From a virus (taxonomy: Duplodnaviria > Caudoviricetes), in IMG/VR virus record IMGVR_UViG_3300034161_000008, positions 154,437-218,436 of that record: a stretch of 64,000 nucleotides of DNA; one strand, 5' to 3'. Below the pieces are notes generated by a model. That model was not told where the DNA came from, did not search any database, and saw nothing but the letters and a program-made list of their open reading frames with translations. The translations under genes were made by a program, and so were the position numbers. Shown here in pieces: positions 17,852 to 27,466 of this stretch. The stretch's first letter is position 1; every line of letters begins with the position of its first letter.

Positions 17852-18217
17852 CTACAGCTCGTCTGGTTTTATGTTCAATGGCTGACGAGGCAACCACATC
17901 ACACGCCCATTTTCTTCAATGTGTTTGTACAGCTTCCCGTTAGAGCGTTCACGGATGATCAAGAACGTTGGTGTCTCTGGTAGCGTCACCTCCTCGCTGC
18001 TGATACCGTCAGGACGACCTACTGGTGCGCAGATGCGCGTCAGATCAGGATCATCCAGCTTAGGCAAAGCGTTAGCTCGCCAGCCTTCGACGTTATACAG
18101 TGTTCGGCTATTGTCTAGTCCCAAGAAGCAGACCATAGGTTGCTTTGGATCAAACCAGTCAGTGACTAGTTTCTTGGGCTTGAGTGGAGCCCGACCCGGC
18201 AACGTTAGTGTAGACAT
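17852..18217 (-). CDS. Hypothetical protein
   Basis: 121 aa; RBS AAGGA; first gene after the early-type promoter. Confidence 0.6.
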   Translation of the reverse strand: MSTLTLPGRAPLKPKKLVTDWFDPKQPMVCFLGLDNSRTLYNVEGWRANALPKLDDPDLTRICAPVGRPDGISSEEVTLPETPTFLIIRERSNGKLYKHIEENGRVMWLPRQPLNIKPDEL

Positions 18218-18282
18218 TGTTACGTCCTTATTTCAAAGCAGAATAAAACCCCCGAACACTAGATTAGTCTAATGCTCGGGTT

Positions 18283-18292
18283 GGTAATATGT
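18283..18292 (-). promoter_or_regulatory. Putative early (vRNAP) promoter
   Basis: ACATATTACC on the minus strand, one mismatch to TATATTAC; a CCCGA...TCGGG hairpin lies in the leader. Confidence 0.6.
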
Positions 18293-18299
18293 GCTCAAA

Positions 18300-19643
18300 T
18301 TAATTTAGTTTACGCTCTACGAGCAGCGTAAGCTTGGTGTTTGTGCGGTGCCGGGTACTGAGCAAGCCAGGCCCAACTGTCTCCACGAAGGAGTTAGCCA
18401 GCGAACCCACCCCATCCAACTGCTTGATCTCGTCCCCATCCAGATACAACACGCGAGTAGGGATACCAGGATACAGCAGAGATGGATCAGAGTTCTCCCA
18501 CACAACTTCAACGTGTGAAACCAAACGACGAGCCACTACAGACGACAGCGCGTAACTGTTTGCTGTAATCGGAGTGTCTGCCATTTGCACGTTGTTGTTC
18601 CCGTTGTCACGAAGCTGTCCAACAAACTCGTTGTTGTTAGCCCCACGAGCTGCGACTGCTTTGTTCCCAGATACCGTCGCCCAGTCTCCCATGAACTTGG
18701 AAGCATCGGCAGCACGGATACCATTACCCTCGTTCAGCTGCATCGCCTCAGAGTCGTCACGGAACTTAACGTCTCCTGTAGCCAGGATCACAAGGTTGCG
18801 ACCATTCTGACGGTAGGTACGTTCACCACCCGGCAGCTTGTTCTTCGGGATGTTGATAATGGTCAGCGTACGGTCAGCCTTATCAAAACGGGTGACATCG
18901 AACGCAGGCCAAAGATACCAACCTTCCTTCCTCAAGTAATAACCCAACCCAGTAGAATAAATACCGCCGAGTTCGTTCTGAACATAGTGAGGCACATCCA
19001 CAAGCTTCATGGGTGGGATCACGTAGTGTTCACGCTCAGAGGTATTCGACGCTTCTACCATCTGGACAGCACTAGGCATGGCCAGATCATCCACCACGAT
19101 CTCCTGAGTTTTAACTTTCAGGAACGGGCGAATGAAATCAGTCACCGTAGACTTACGGAAGTTACCACCCACCGTACGCATGCGAATCTGTTCGATGGCT
19201 TTGGACACGATCTGGAAGTCCAGTGTTTCAATGTTCACCAGATCCATCGTCTCCTCATCCGCAACGTTACGCATACCGCCGTCAACGATCGGAGAGCCAC
19301 GGTCAAACAGAGTCGCAGTGTAGCGTTCAGACTGACGGACTTCGTTCTCCAGCGTCCCTGAGGAAACTTCACCGATAGGGTTCTTGTACAGAGTGATCTC
19401 AAGCTGTGACTTCTTTGGATAAACACGCTTGGCGTACTTACCCATCGACATTGTCACACGCAGAACGATCATGTCCGCATAGTTACCCAACCAGTCCTCA
19501 AGGATGTCCACAGACAACACTTTCAACGTGGGGAGAGTTTCATCCGGTGTGTGAATCTCAGCACTCCAATAGAAGTGCACCGGATTAGGCGTGGCAATAA
19601 TCGCCTCGACTTCTCGCCACAGAGAACTCTTTTCGATTTCCAT
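18300..19643 (-). CDS. Virion structural protein, probable baseplate hub (phiKZ gp101 position)
   Basis: Start MEIEKSSLW at 19643; last gene of the structural run; hub-like C-terminus (VVWENSDPSLLYPGIPTRV); assigned by synteny. Confidence 0.55.
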   Translation of the reverse strand: MEIEKSSLWREVEAIIATPNPVHFYWSAEIHTPDETLPTLKVLSVDILEDWLGNYADMIVLRVTMSMGKYAKRVYPKKSQLEITLYKNPIGEVSSGTLENEVRQSERYTATLFDRGSPIVDGGMRNVADEETMDLVNIETLDFQIVSKAIEQIRMRTVGGNFRKSTVTDFIRPFLKVKTQEIVVDDLAMPSAVQMVEASNTSEREHYVIPPMKLVDVPHYVQNELGGIYSTGLGYYLRKEGWYLWPAFDVTRFDKADRTLTIINIPKNKLPGGERTYRQNGRNLVILATGDVKFRDDSEAMQLNEGNGIRAADASKFMGDWATVSGNKAVAARGANNNEFVGQLRDNGNNNVQMADTPITANSYALSSVVARRLVSHVEVVWENSDPSLLYPGIPTRVLYLDGDEIKQLDGVGSLANSFVETVGPGLLSTRHRTNTKLTLLVERKLN

Positions 19644-19645
19644 TA

Positions 19646-20233
19646 CTACCACCGTTTACGGTTGGAGAACATCTTCTCTGCAACAGTCGCACGAGGCTGC
19701 ACAGGACCTTGCGAATCATCCTGGTACACAACGCCAGTTGGAGGAGGATCGCCACGCAGAGTGAGCGTACGGCTGCCGAGTGTAGTGATACGCTTGCTGA
19801 GCCACGACTCAACGTTCGCTGTACTGAGCTGATCGACTGCGTGTGGATAAATGACTTGTACAAAGGCATTCATCGCAATCAAATCGTCGTAGGGGGCGAT
19901 AGGGTTGTGGACCAGTGTGGTTTCCAGAAAGCGTTTCCACTGACTGAGATACTCACACACCATCTCGTAGATGGTTTTAGCGTCACGAATCTTCAACAGA
20001 CGTACAGACACACCCTCGTGGTGATAGATCACCATCTGAGCAATCGAGAGGTACGTATCCAACAGTTCGTTGGCAGTTTGACGATCCTTAAACGAATCGC
20101 CACACGTAGGGCTCCCAAAGAGCTTGATGTGATCTTTGGAACGAGTCTGGATGTTTGGAACTTGTGCAAGGAACTTCTGATTCCAGATCTTCCATTTCAA
20201 GTCTTGCTTTTCTTCAGGAACCCACGTGGCCAT
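19646..20233 (-). CDS. Conserved jumbo-phage protein (phiKZ gp100 position)
   Basis: Start MATWVPEE with RBS GGAGGA; coupled to neighbours. Confidence 0.6.
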   Translation of the reverse strand: MATWVPEEKQDLKWKIWNQKFLAQVPNIQTRSKDHIKLFGSPTCGDSFKDRQTANELLDTYLSIAQMVIYHHEGVSVRLLKIRDAKTIYEMVCEYLSQWKRFLETTLVHNPIAPYDDLIAMNAFVQVIYPHAVDQLSTANVESWLSKRITTLGSRTLTLRGDPPPTGVVYQDDSQGPVQPRATVAEKMFSNRKRW

Positions 20234-20235
20234 TG

Positions 20236-21597
20236 TTAAATCCTCCGAATGCTGGCACGCATCAGTATCAGCAGAATAGGAACGTAGTAGAACAGCTCCA
20301 GTCCTCCCCACGACTTGTACGCCTCACAGAACTCCATGAGCAGTCGATTACTCAACGGTTTGTTCTTCAGGTAGTCACTCACCGCAAGTTCCAGTTGGGA
20401 CTGGCCCTCGCTCTCTTGATAGAAGGCTTCACTGAAAACGTAATAGCTATCCACTAAGACTGGATGGATGAGGGATGTGGATGTGTGGGGTGTTGGGAGA
20501 CCTGGAAGGTTGGTGTTTGGGATGGTATCTCGCAATCTGCGGGTTCGACCGGGGGCCGACAGTATTTCTACTGGGGCCAAAGCTTTCGTCGGTGGACGCA
20601 GCTCATAATCTACAGTGAGTACAGGATTTTTTGGATAGACAACGTAATCCACACCCGAGTGGTACACACCTTCGAGCATTGGGTCACGGATAAACTGTTT
20701 AGCCAACACCAAACCCATCTCATCAGACACCAGAGGCATCTGATCGTAGTCGCAGTTGAAGATCATCGAGAACAGGTTACGACACTTCATGTTGTCATCA
20801 CCGTCCACGTTGAGCATTCGCATCTGACGCAGCTCAGGAGCATCCCACGTTGTGAACGAACGCACCAACATCTCTTGCAGGAACGGATCATAGATGCGCT
20901 TTCCTTGGCCTGGCATCATGATGATCTTGAACTCGTTGCTGAAGAAGCTTTTGAAGTAATCTTTGGTGATCACCTCAACACGCTCGCTCAGTTTCGCGAA
21001 CAGGTCGTACTCTTCCTCATGCAGTAGAGGATTCTGACCGTGTTGCAGGAAGTTGCCGATGAAGACAACAGTCTCTACAACTTTGGACAGCAGATCCTGC
21101 CAGCGTTCCTTGGTGTCGTAGTCGTTGAGTTGATACTCGATCTCGAAGCACGCTTCTTTGTAGATCGACTTCATCTCCGAACGAGTTACTTGGAAGATAC
21201 CCAAGCGACCATCACCAATGTTCGCACGGAACATGTCACCAACGTTTGGTTTCAGGAACGGATAAACGTTCGCAGTACCAACGACGGTGAAACCTTTGTT
21301 CTCATCATCCTGAGTCTGAACCAAAGGCGAAATCACTTTCAACTCCATGCCCTTGATCATCACGTACTGCTGATAGATGCCGGAGGAGTTTACACGTTGA
21401 CCGGCTACGGCGTTGTCTACGTCCAGTTTCTGACTGAAGTAGTCTACCGCCCACGCAGCGCCTTCGATGTGCGTCAGCAACGCGCTGGAGGGCACGTAGC
21501 GTGTGTCAACCGTCACACCGCGATACTGAGGTGCTGTGATCTTCACCGCAATCGGTGCTGGCGTCACCGGAGCATCCGGGGAGTCTGTAACAATCAT
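20236..21597 (-). CDS. Virion structural protein (phiKZ gp99 position)
   Basis: 453 aa; ATGA overlap with the upstream gene; synteny. Confidence 0.6.
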   Translation of the reverse strand: MIVTDSPDAPVTPAPIAVKITAPQYRGVTVDTRYVPSSALLTHIEGAAWAVDYFSQKLDVDNAVAGQRVNSSGIYQQYVMIKGMELKVISPLVQTQDDENKGFTVVGTANVYPFLKPNVGDMFRANIGDGRLGIFQVTRSEMKSIYKEACFEIEYQLNDYDTKERWQDLLSKVVETVVFIGNFLQHGQNPLLHEEEYDLFAKLSERVEVITKDYFKSFFSNEFKIIMMPGQGKRIYDPFLQEMLVRSFTTWDAPELRQMRMLNVDGDDNMKCRNLFSMIFNCDYDQMPLVSDEMGLVLAKQFIRDPMLEGVYHSGVDYVVYPKNPVLTVDYELRPPTKALAPVEILSAPGRTRRLRDTIPNTNLPGLPTPHTSTSLIHPVLVDSYYVFSEAFYQESEGQSQLELAVSDYLKNKPLSNRLLMEFCEAYKSWGGLELFYYVPILLILMRASIRRI

Positions 21598-23147
21598 TTC
21601 TGCACCGCCTTGTGTGCTTCGATAAAGAAGGTCTGTTGGAAGTTGAACTGAACTGTCTGCGATTGAGTCAGTGGATCACTTGGGTTGCCCTTGGTGACTT
21701 CATCAACCGCTTCATCCAACTCGTCCTTGGGAATGTAGTCCGTACCCGGCAGAGGCACTGGCAGCAAGCCTTTGTCCGCCAACGTACAGTCAGTAGACTT
21801 CAGAATCTCGATGCAAGCCTTTGCATGCTCACGCAAGCGTGTCCTAGCAGCCTCTGTGAGCGTCTTCCAGTCGATTGTGAAGCCAAGCCTCACGTGATAT
21901 CCCTGACGGAGGTCTAACGGCTCTACGGAGCGCACAGTGAGGTCTGCGTCCATTACCACAGCGCCTTGAGGCATGGGAATCATCCCACGGTACAAAGTCA
22001 GCACGAAAACGGACTGACCGACCTTGTGCATGAAGGGAGCTTCACCTGGAAGGAACTTCAGAATCTCAGGGTGGAGCATCTTCTGGCCGAGCTGTGTCAT
22101 CTTGAACAGAGTTTGCAGGTCTGAGTCAGGCTGTAAGGCCACCATAGCCGTGAACGCACGATACGTACCCCATGGGATAGTAGCAGGCAAGAACTCGTCC
22201 CACGATGGAATAGCGATGCCTGAGTGACGGCAAGCATTCTTGGTCAACTGATCACGCTCAAACACCGCAAAGTGTTTGCGCGAGTTACCGTACGAACGTT
22301 GGATGTTCTCTGGACGGTAAATTGGTTCCGTCGGGCGCCAGCGACTGGACAGCACTTGGTTGTGGATCAACAACGGATACGTCATCACACACTCAAGCGG
22401 CTTGTCGTACGAGAACTTGTACGAGAACGCAATCTCCCACGTCTCAGCCTCACCGACTTTGTCACCCTTCTCAGGACCACCCTCGAAGTCGAACCACCCA
22501 ACGATCTCCTGTTGAGTCTCACCGACTACCCACGTTTCGTAACGACCAGCCATGTTAGTGGCGATGGACGCTTTCTCAGTCAGGTGTTTGGTGAAGTACG
22601 TGTTCCAGTCCTCACCGTAGCCTGCAACGTTCTCACGCAGGCGATGGATCTCCTTCAGGATGGCAAGGAAGGCCTCTGGGATGATGTAGTGGTAGGTTGC
22701 CGACAGCAACTTAACCTCACGGTTCATCGACACGCGCGTGCGAATCTCGTCACGCCACCGGCCCGCTGAGACTTTGTCTTCAAAGCGTGCGCGGAAGTTA
22801 ATGCTGACCTTCGTAGACGAGTAGACAGGCTTGATGCCTACCTCCAATGCATCGTCACGAAAGATATTCAAGTTCTCTGCTGTGAACACAGCAGTGGCCA
22901 ACACGGCCTCAGGATCAAAGTCTTCTTCGACATCGATGAAGATCTTATCGCCTTGGTTGAAGTTCACACCGGTCTGTTGACCGATGGTGGAGTTGGGTTG
23001 ATAACTAACAGCAGACTGGTCCGGATAGAAGATCGGAGTTTCTTCCGGCAAGCCTGTGTATTTGAACAACTGTCGTGTGATATCAAAGATAACGGGGCGG
23101 GTAACGCTCTCGTTTGTCTCTGGAATCGTGCGTAGGACTTTAGGCAT
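21594..23147 (-). CDS. Virion structural protein (phiKZ gp98 position)
   Basis: 517 aa; TTTTATGA late-type motif upstream (~23171); synteny. Confidence 0.6.
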   Translation of the reverse strand: MPKVLRTIPETNESVTRPVIFDITRQLFKYTGLPEETPIFYPDQSAVSYQPNSTIGQQTGVNFNQGDKIFIDVEEDFDPEAVLATAVFTAENLNIFRDDALEVGIKPVYSSTKVSINFRARFEDKVSAGRWRDEIRTRVSMNREVKLLSATYHYIIPEAFLAILKEIHRLRENVAGYGEDWNTYFTKHLTEKASIATNMAGRYETWVVGETQQEIVGWFDFEGGPEKGDKVGEAETWEIAFSYKFSYDKPLECVMTYPLLIHNQVLSSRWRPTEPIYRPENIQRSYGNSRKHFAVFERDQLTKNACRHSGIAIPSWDEFLPATIPWGTYRAFTAMVALQPDSDLQTLFKMTQLGQKMLHPEILKFLPGEAPFMHKVGQSVFVLTLYRGMIPMPQGAVVMDADLTVRSVEPLDLRQGYHVRLGFTIDWKTLTEAARTRLREHAKACIEILKSTDCTLADKGLLPVPLPGTDYIPKDELDEAVDEVTKGNPSDPLTQSQTVQFNFQQTFFIEAHKAVQK

Positions 23148-23188
23148 AGCAGGAAGTTCCAGTAAGGTTAGTCATAAAATTCAACTGA

Positions 23189-23222
23189 CGGCATAAAAAG
23201 CCCGACCGAAGCCGGGCTTTTT
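23189..23222 (-). terminator. Intrinsic terminator followed by TATGCCG
   Basis: AAAAAGCCCG...CGGGCTTTTT; on the minus strand it is followed by ATGCCGTC. Confidence 0.8.
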
Positions 23223-23241
23223 ACTCACGCCGCAGAGAACG

Positions 23242-24564
23242 TTAGGCCTTGTAAGCGCCCAGCGATTTCTGGATGACGTTCATGGTCGAACGAATGGTCG
23301 TCAGAGCATTCGAAGCCAATGGCATTGCTGGCGACTGAGCCCAACGCGCGTAGCTGGCGTTGAAGTTCAGGACGGCGCGGTAGTACGGAACGCAATGTTT
23401 CGCGTCTTCGTCGTTGGCAGCCTTTTCGACAGCGCTGGTGGCTTTCTTCGAAGCGTTCTCGACTTTGGTCTTGGCCGCTTTCACGTCCGTCGACTTCTTG
23501 CCGCGCTGGAAGTCTTCCATGTGGTCCAGGATCTTCTCGCAGATCTTGATCGCTTCTTCCATGGAGCTGTTGCTCATGGTCTGGAAGTCGCTCGACGCAG
23601 GGGCGTCTTTATGCTTCTCACCAGTAGCGGCCAGTTCAACGCCGGAACGACGCTGACGATCCAGAGTAGCCAGGGTGCCGGTTTCAGTCGAGCTGTTGAA
23701 TTCTTTCTTCAACAGGCTGACGTTACCGAGCAGAGCCGAGCCCTGAGTAACTTTGAAGCCAGGGAAGCGCGAACCGCCCGAAGCTTTGGAACCAGGCAGA
23801 GCACCAGGGCTGTGCTTGGAAACGGCGCTTTGAACTTTCTTGGCGCTTTCTTCGGCCTTTTCAGGATCGAAGTCGCTGATGGCGTCAGCAATGGAGTTAC
23901 CCATCTTGGCCAGTTCAGCTTGGTTGTCGCCGTAGACCCAGGCGGTAGCCTTTTCCAGATCGCCCAGAGCAGATTTCAGCTCAGCTTCGTTCTTGACGAC
24001 TTTGTAGTCGACGGACAGAGCGCCGAGGCCGCTGTTCAGGGTGACTTTCTTGTCTTCGATGGCCGAACCGGATTTCGCTTCAACGCGACCTTTCAGCTCT
24101 TTCAGGCGCTTACGCAGGGCCGGAATGGTGCCGAAGATTTTGTAGAAGAAGCCTTCGATTTTCTTCCAGATGTTCTTCAGGAAGTCCTGGATGGCGCGCC
24201 AGATCTGCTGAGCAGTCTCGCGGATGCCTTCAGTGGCGATACGCTTGCCACGATACGATTCCATTGCTGGAACCAGATCAGCAGGCTCAACGTCGGAACC
24301 GGCAACAGCCATGTCACCAGCGTTTTCGATCAGAGCGATTTCAGCCGGGGTGGCTTCTTCGATGCCGTCAGCGATGACAGCGAGGTCTTCGAGAGCGTCG
24401 GAGACTTCGATGATGCGCTCAGCTTCGCCCAGGTCGGTGTCGACGCTGGCAGAATCCTGCGCAGCTTCGTCGAGCAGGATCTGCTCTTCTTCCATGGAGA
24501 TGTTTTCGCCGAAGGCTTGTGCTTCGAGGGCCATAGATTGGCCGTGTTCCAGAAATTTACGCAT
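23242..24564 (-). CDS. phiKZ-like internal head protein
   Basis: 440 aa; acidic propeptide with ALE/AME/ATE protease sites followed by the amphipathic IWRAIQDFLKNIWKKIEGFF helix; strongly biased codons. Confidence 0.75.
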   Translation of the reverse strand: MRKFLEHGQSMALEAQAFGENISMEEEQILLDEAAQDSASVDTDLGEAERIIEVSDALEDLAVIADGIEEATPAEIALIENAGDMAVAGSDVEPADLVPAMESYRGKRIATEGIRETAQQIWRAIQDFLKNIWKKIEGFFYKIFGTIPALRKRLKELKGRVEAKSGSAIEDKKVTLNSGLGALSVDYKVVKNEAELKSALGDLEKATAWVYGDNQAELAKMGNSIADAISDFDPEKAEESAKKVQSAVSKHSPGALPGSKASGGSRFPGFKVTQGSALLGNVSLLKKEFNSSTETGTLATLDRQRRSGVELAATGEKHKDAPASSDFQTMSNSSMEEAIKICEKILDHMEDFQRGKKSTDVKAAKTKVENASKKATSAVEKAANDEDAKHCVPYYRAVLNFNASYARWAQSPAMPLASNALTTIRSTMNVIQKSLGAYKA

Positions 24565-24603
24565 GTCGGTGTTACCCTTACAAATAGGGGAAGAGAGTGG
24601 TGA

Positions 24604-24639
24604 AATCAGAACGCCTCATATAAATGGGGCGCTCTGATT
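24604..24639 (-). promoter_or_regulatory. Hairpin with late-promoter TATG at its apex
   Basis: AATCAGAACGCC-TCATATAAATGG-GGCGCTCTGATT; minus strand reads TTTATATGAGG, ~50 nt upstream of 24564. Confidence 0.55.
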
Positions 24640-24655
24640 GCGTAAGGGCGTGACC

Positions 24656-25975
24656 TTACTTGCTGCCGTACTGCTTCAGCGACAGCTCAACGTAGTCGAG
24701 CAGTGCTTTACCGGTGTTCAGAGCGTAAGCGCTGAAGCCGGTGGCCGGTTGGTCGATCAACTTCGGAACGGACATGCCCAGTTTGGCCAGAGCCTTACCG
24801 TTGGTGCGCGCGCCTTTGTCTTCGTCCGACGCGTTGTCGGCGTCTTTACCAGCTTTCTCGGCAGCCTTGACAATCTTGTCTTTGGTGGCCGACAGCTTTT
24901 CCAGGTTGCGCTTGTAGCTCTGCACTTCCTGGGCCAGGGACTCAACAGCACCGGCAACTTTCTCGGCTTCCGAAGGAGCCAGAGTGGTCAGGGTGTTCTT
25001 GGTCGGTTCCTTGGCTTTCGGGTTGAACTTGCCGATGTTGTAGCCCGAACGGGAAACAGCATCAACAGCAGCAGCGCCTTTCAGGCCGCCGTCAGCAGGG
25101 AAGCGAGCGATGATCGCTTGGCCGCCTGGCAGTTCGTGGGAGATCATGAAGACCATGCCGTTGCCAGCGTCACCGTGATCAGCGCCACCTTTGGTCAGAG
25201 CCAGGGTGCCGTCGGTACGAGCAGGCAGGCTGAAGCTGTCCAGCTTGGACGGATCGCCCAGCAGTTCAACGATAGCGTCGCCGACTTCGCCGTTCCAGGT
25301 GGTAACGCCACCGAAGATACCGTTGGCCAGCTTGTTCAGCTCTTGGGCTTGGGTGCCGATGGAAGCAGGAACAGCGCCGCTGATTTCCAGGGCTTTAACC
25401 AGACGATCGGATTCGAAGGTCTTTTCTTTCGGAGTGCCGGTAGTGGCACCAGCGCGCTCGACCAGGGCTTTCGCACGGGCTTCGAGTTTGTTGGCAGCGC
25501 CGAACACTTTGACGAAGCGCTCTTTGACCCAGGCGATGGCGTCTTTGATTGCTTTGACGATGCGTTCCCAGATCTTCTTGATCGAGTCCTTGATGTCTTC
25601 CAGAGCCACGGTGGTGGACTTCTGGCGAGTGCTGGTGCCGCCGAAGGATTCCAGGGCAGGAACCGATTGACGCTTCAGGCCAACACGGCCATACAGGGAC
25701 TTGACGTGCAGGTCGAGGATGTGGGCACCGTGGGTGTCCAGACCGCCAGCCTGTACAGCGCTTTCCAGAGCCAGTACGGCCTGTTCCAGAGCTTCGACGG
25801 TTTCAACAGCGTCGTCGGTTGCGGCTTCTTCGACATCAGCTTCTTCGGCTTCGTCGTTTACTTCCAGCAAGTCGGTCTCGAGGGACTCGGGCGCGTCACC
25901 GAGTTCCAGATCGCCGTCTTGTGGTTCCAGGTTTTCGTTTTCAAGGGCCATGAGGCCGGTACGGTTGCGACGCAT
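24656..25975 (-). CDS. phiKZ-like internal head protein (paralog)
   Basis: 439 aa; ALE, SLE, ALE, ALE, ALE, ALE sites, then IKKIWERIVKAIKDAIAWVKERF. Confidence 0.75.
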   Translation of the reverse strand: MRRNRTGLMALENENLEPQDGDLELGDAPESLETDLLEVNDEAEEADVEEAATDDAVETVEALEQAVLALESAVQAGGLDTHGAHILDLHVKSLYGRVGLKRQSVPALESFGGTSTRQKSTTVALEDIKDSIKKIWERIVKAIKDAIAWVKERFVKVFGAANKLEARAKALVERAGATTGTPKEKTFESDRLVKALEISGAVPASIGTQAQELNKLANGIFGGVTTWNGEVGDAIVELLGDPSKLDSFSLPARTDGTLALTKGGADHGDAGNGMVFMISHELPGGQAIIARFPADGGLKGAAAVDAVSRSGYNIGKFNPKAKEPTKNTLTTLAPSEAEKVAGAVESLAQEVQSYKRNLEKLSATKDKIVKAAEKAGKDADNASDEDKGARTNGKALAKLGMSVPKLIDQPATGFSAYALNTGKALLDYVELSLKQYGSK

Positions 25976-26559
25976 TATGATGTTGCTCCCATTGCAATGG
26001 TTTTAGGTGCGATGTTGCCGAAAAGTACATGCATTGTACATAACATGTCTTCGATGCCGCTGCTATGGCTGCACCAGGACTGTATTACGTCAACCATGTT
26101 CCGATTTTGTGGCTGTCGATAATGAAAGCCAGGCTCTTGAATACCGAAGAACTCACGGGCTCGCGGAGTGTGTTCATGCATCCGCTCACCTTGGTCAGCC
26201 AACTCAATGAGTGGCAGCCAGTTCTCGATAGCAAGATCTCGCTTCCCCTCCATAATAAACTGGAGGGTATCGTCGATGAAGCCGTTGTGGTTGTCGCCAG
26301 CCACAGGGGACTGACGTTGGCTCGAGATCCAAACTTCAAAATCTCGAGTGCCGAAAGCTTTGAGGGCTACGGTCAAGACCTTGCGACGAAACTCAACTGT
26401 GGTCGTGTTGCACGCACGGTTGATGTACTGCACGTAGAGCGCTTCCACGGATGGATTAGCCACGCTACGGAACTGGCCTTGACCCATACGGGACGCAGCA
26501 GCACCAGTGATCACCTCGCCCAAGAACCCACGAGGGTACAGTTGGAGGAGGTTACTCAT
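25975..26559 (-). CDS. Conserved virion-associated protein (phiKZ gp91 position)
   Basis: 194 aa; overlaps both neighbours; synteny. Confidence 0.55.
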   Translation of the reverse strand: MSNLLQLYPRGFLGEVITGAAASRMGQGQFRSVANPSVEALYVQYINRACNTTTVEFRRKVLTVALKAFGTRDFEVWISSQRQSPVAGDNHNGFIDDTLQFIMEGKRDLAIENWLPLIELADQGERMHEHTPRAREFFGIQEPGFHYRQPQNRNMVDVIQSWCSHSSGIEDMLCTMHVLFGNIAPKTIAMGATS

Positions 26560-27449
26560 TGCGTTTTCTCCATCTTCTGGAGTTTGTAGTTGATCTTGGA
26601 CAGGCGGGACTCGCTGTACTCGATCTCCTTTTGCGTTGCAGCATCGGGCTTGCCGTTCTGCACGCGCTTGAGGTTGAGCACACGAAGCTCAATCAGCTTC
26701 TTCTCTTCCTTCGACGCGACATAACGTTCTGCCTGCCACTCGGAGATGATCATCCGAACGTGGTAGATCGGGTTCAGCCAGATGGGAATCAACCCAACGG
26801 CAAACGGATCGATCTTGGACTCACCCATGGTAGCTTTCAGGGTGCCGATGTTTTCCTTGGTGATCGCGATGTCCGGGATCAACGAGACAGCAGCCTTCAG
26901 TTTCTCTTTAGGCTGGCCTACCACGTTGACGGCCGTGCAGAAGTGAACAAAGTTAACTTTGATCCACTCGATCTCAGCAGGTTCCAGCGATTCACTGATC
27001 GTGGTGCCCGAGTCAGGGTACATCGAAGTCTCGAGGATCAAAATATAGATCAGGAGTTTTCGGCTGTAACGCGATTCGAAGCTGGTCCACTCAGTGAACT
27101 GGAGCAGGTTGGCTTTCAGGTACGACAGCCCAGCACCCGCCACGTCGTCGTTGTAGACCTGATCGATCAACCCAACGATCTCGTCGAGGTTCTCAACAGT
27201 ATCTTGCAACGCCGACTGGATGCCTTCGAGCAAACCACCTTTGTGACCTTTGACCATACGGCCGAAGATCTCTTGGTAGTTCTGCAACTCTTCGTTCTTG
27301 AACTTGTAGCCCTTGAACGCATTGAGCGCAGTTTTGTACAGAGGCAACGAAACGTCAACAATCTCTGCACGCGTCAAACGGCAATCTTCCAACACCCGCT
27401 CCTTGGAGAAGGTCGGCAGAAGACTGGCCAAGTAATGGTCATTTTTCAT
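26556..27449 (-). CDS. Head/inner-body protein (phiKZ gp90 position)
   Basis: 297 aa; C-terminal coiled coil; synteny. Confidence 0.6.
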   Translation of the reverse strand: MKNDHYLASLLPTFSKERVLEDCRLTRAEIVDVSLPLYKTALNAFKGYKFKNEELQNYQEIFGRMVKGHKGGLLEGIQSALQDTVENLDEIVGLIDQVYNDDVAGAGLSYLKANLLQFTEWTSFESRYSRKLLIYILILETSMYPDSGTTISESLEPAEIEWIKVNFVHFCTAVNVVGQPKEKLKAAVSLIPDIAITKENIGTLKATMGESKIDPFAVGLIPIWLNPIYHVRMIISEWQAERYVASKEEKKLIELRVLNLKRVQNGKPDAATQKEIEYSESRLSKINYKLQKMEKTQ

Positions 27450-27466
27450 GTTGTAAGCCTTTTGAC

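Noticed and set aside
24638-26122. Long plus-strand ORF (494 aa); likewise 23395-24603 (+), 44656-46191 (-) and 55731-57896 (+)
   Set aside because: Antisense shadows of codon-biased real genes; no RBS or recognisable motifs.
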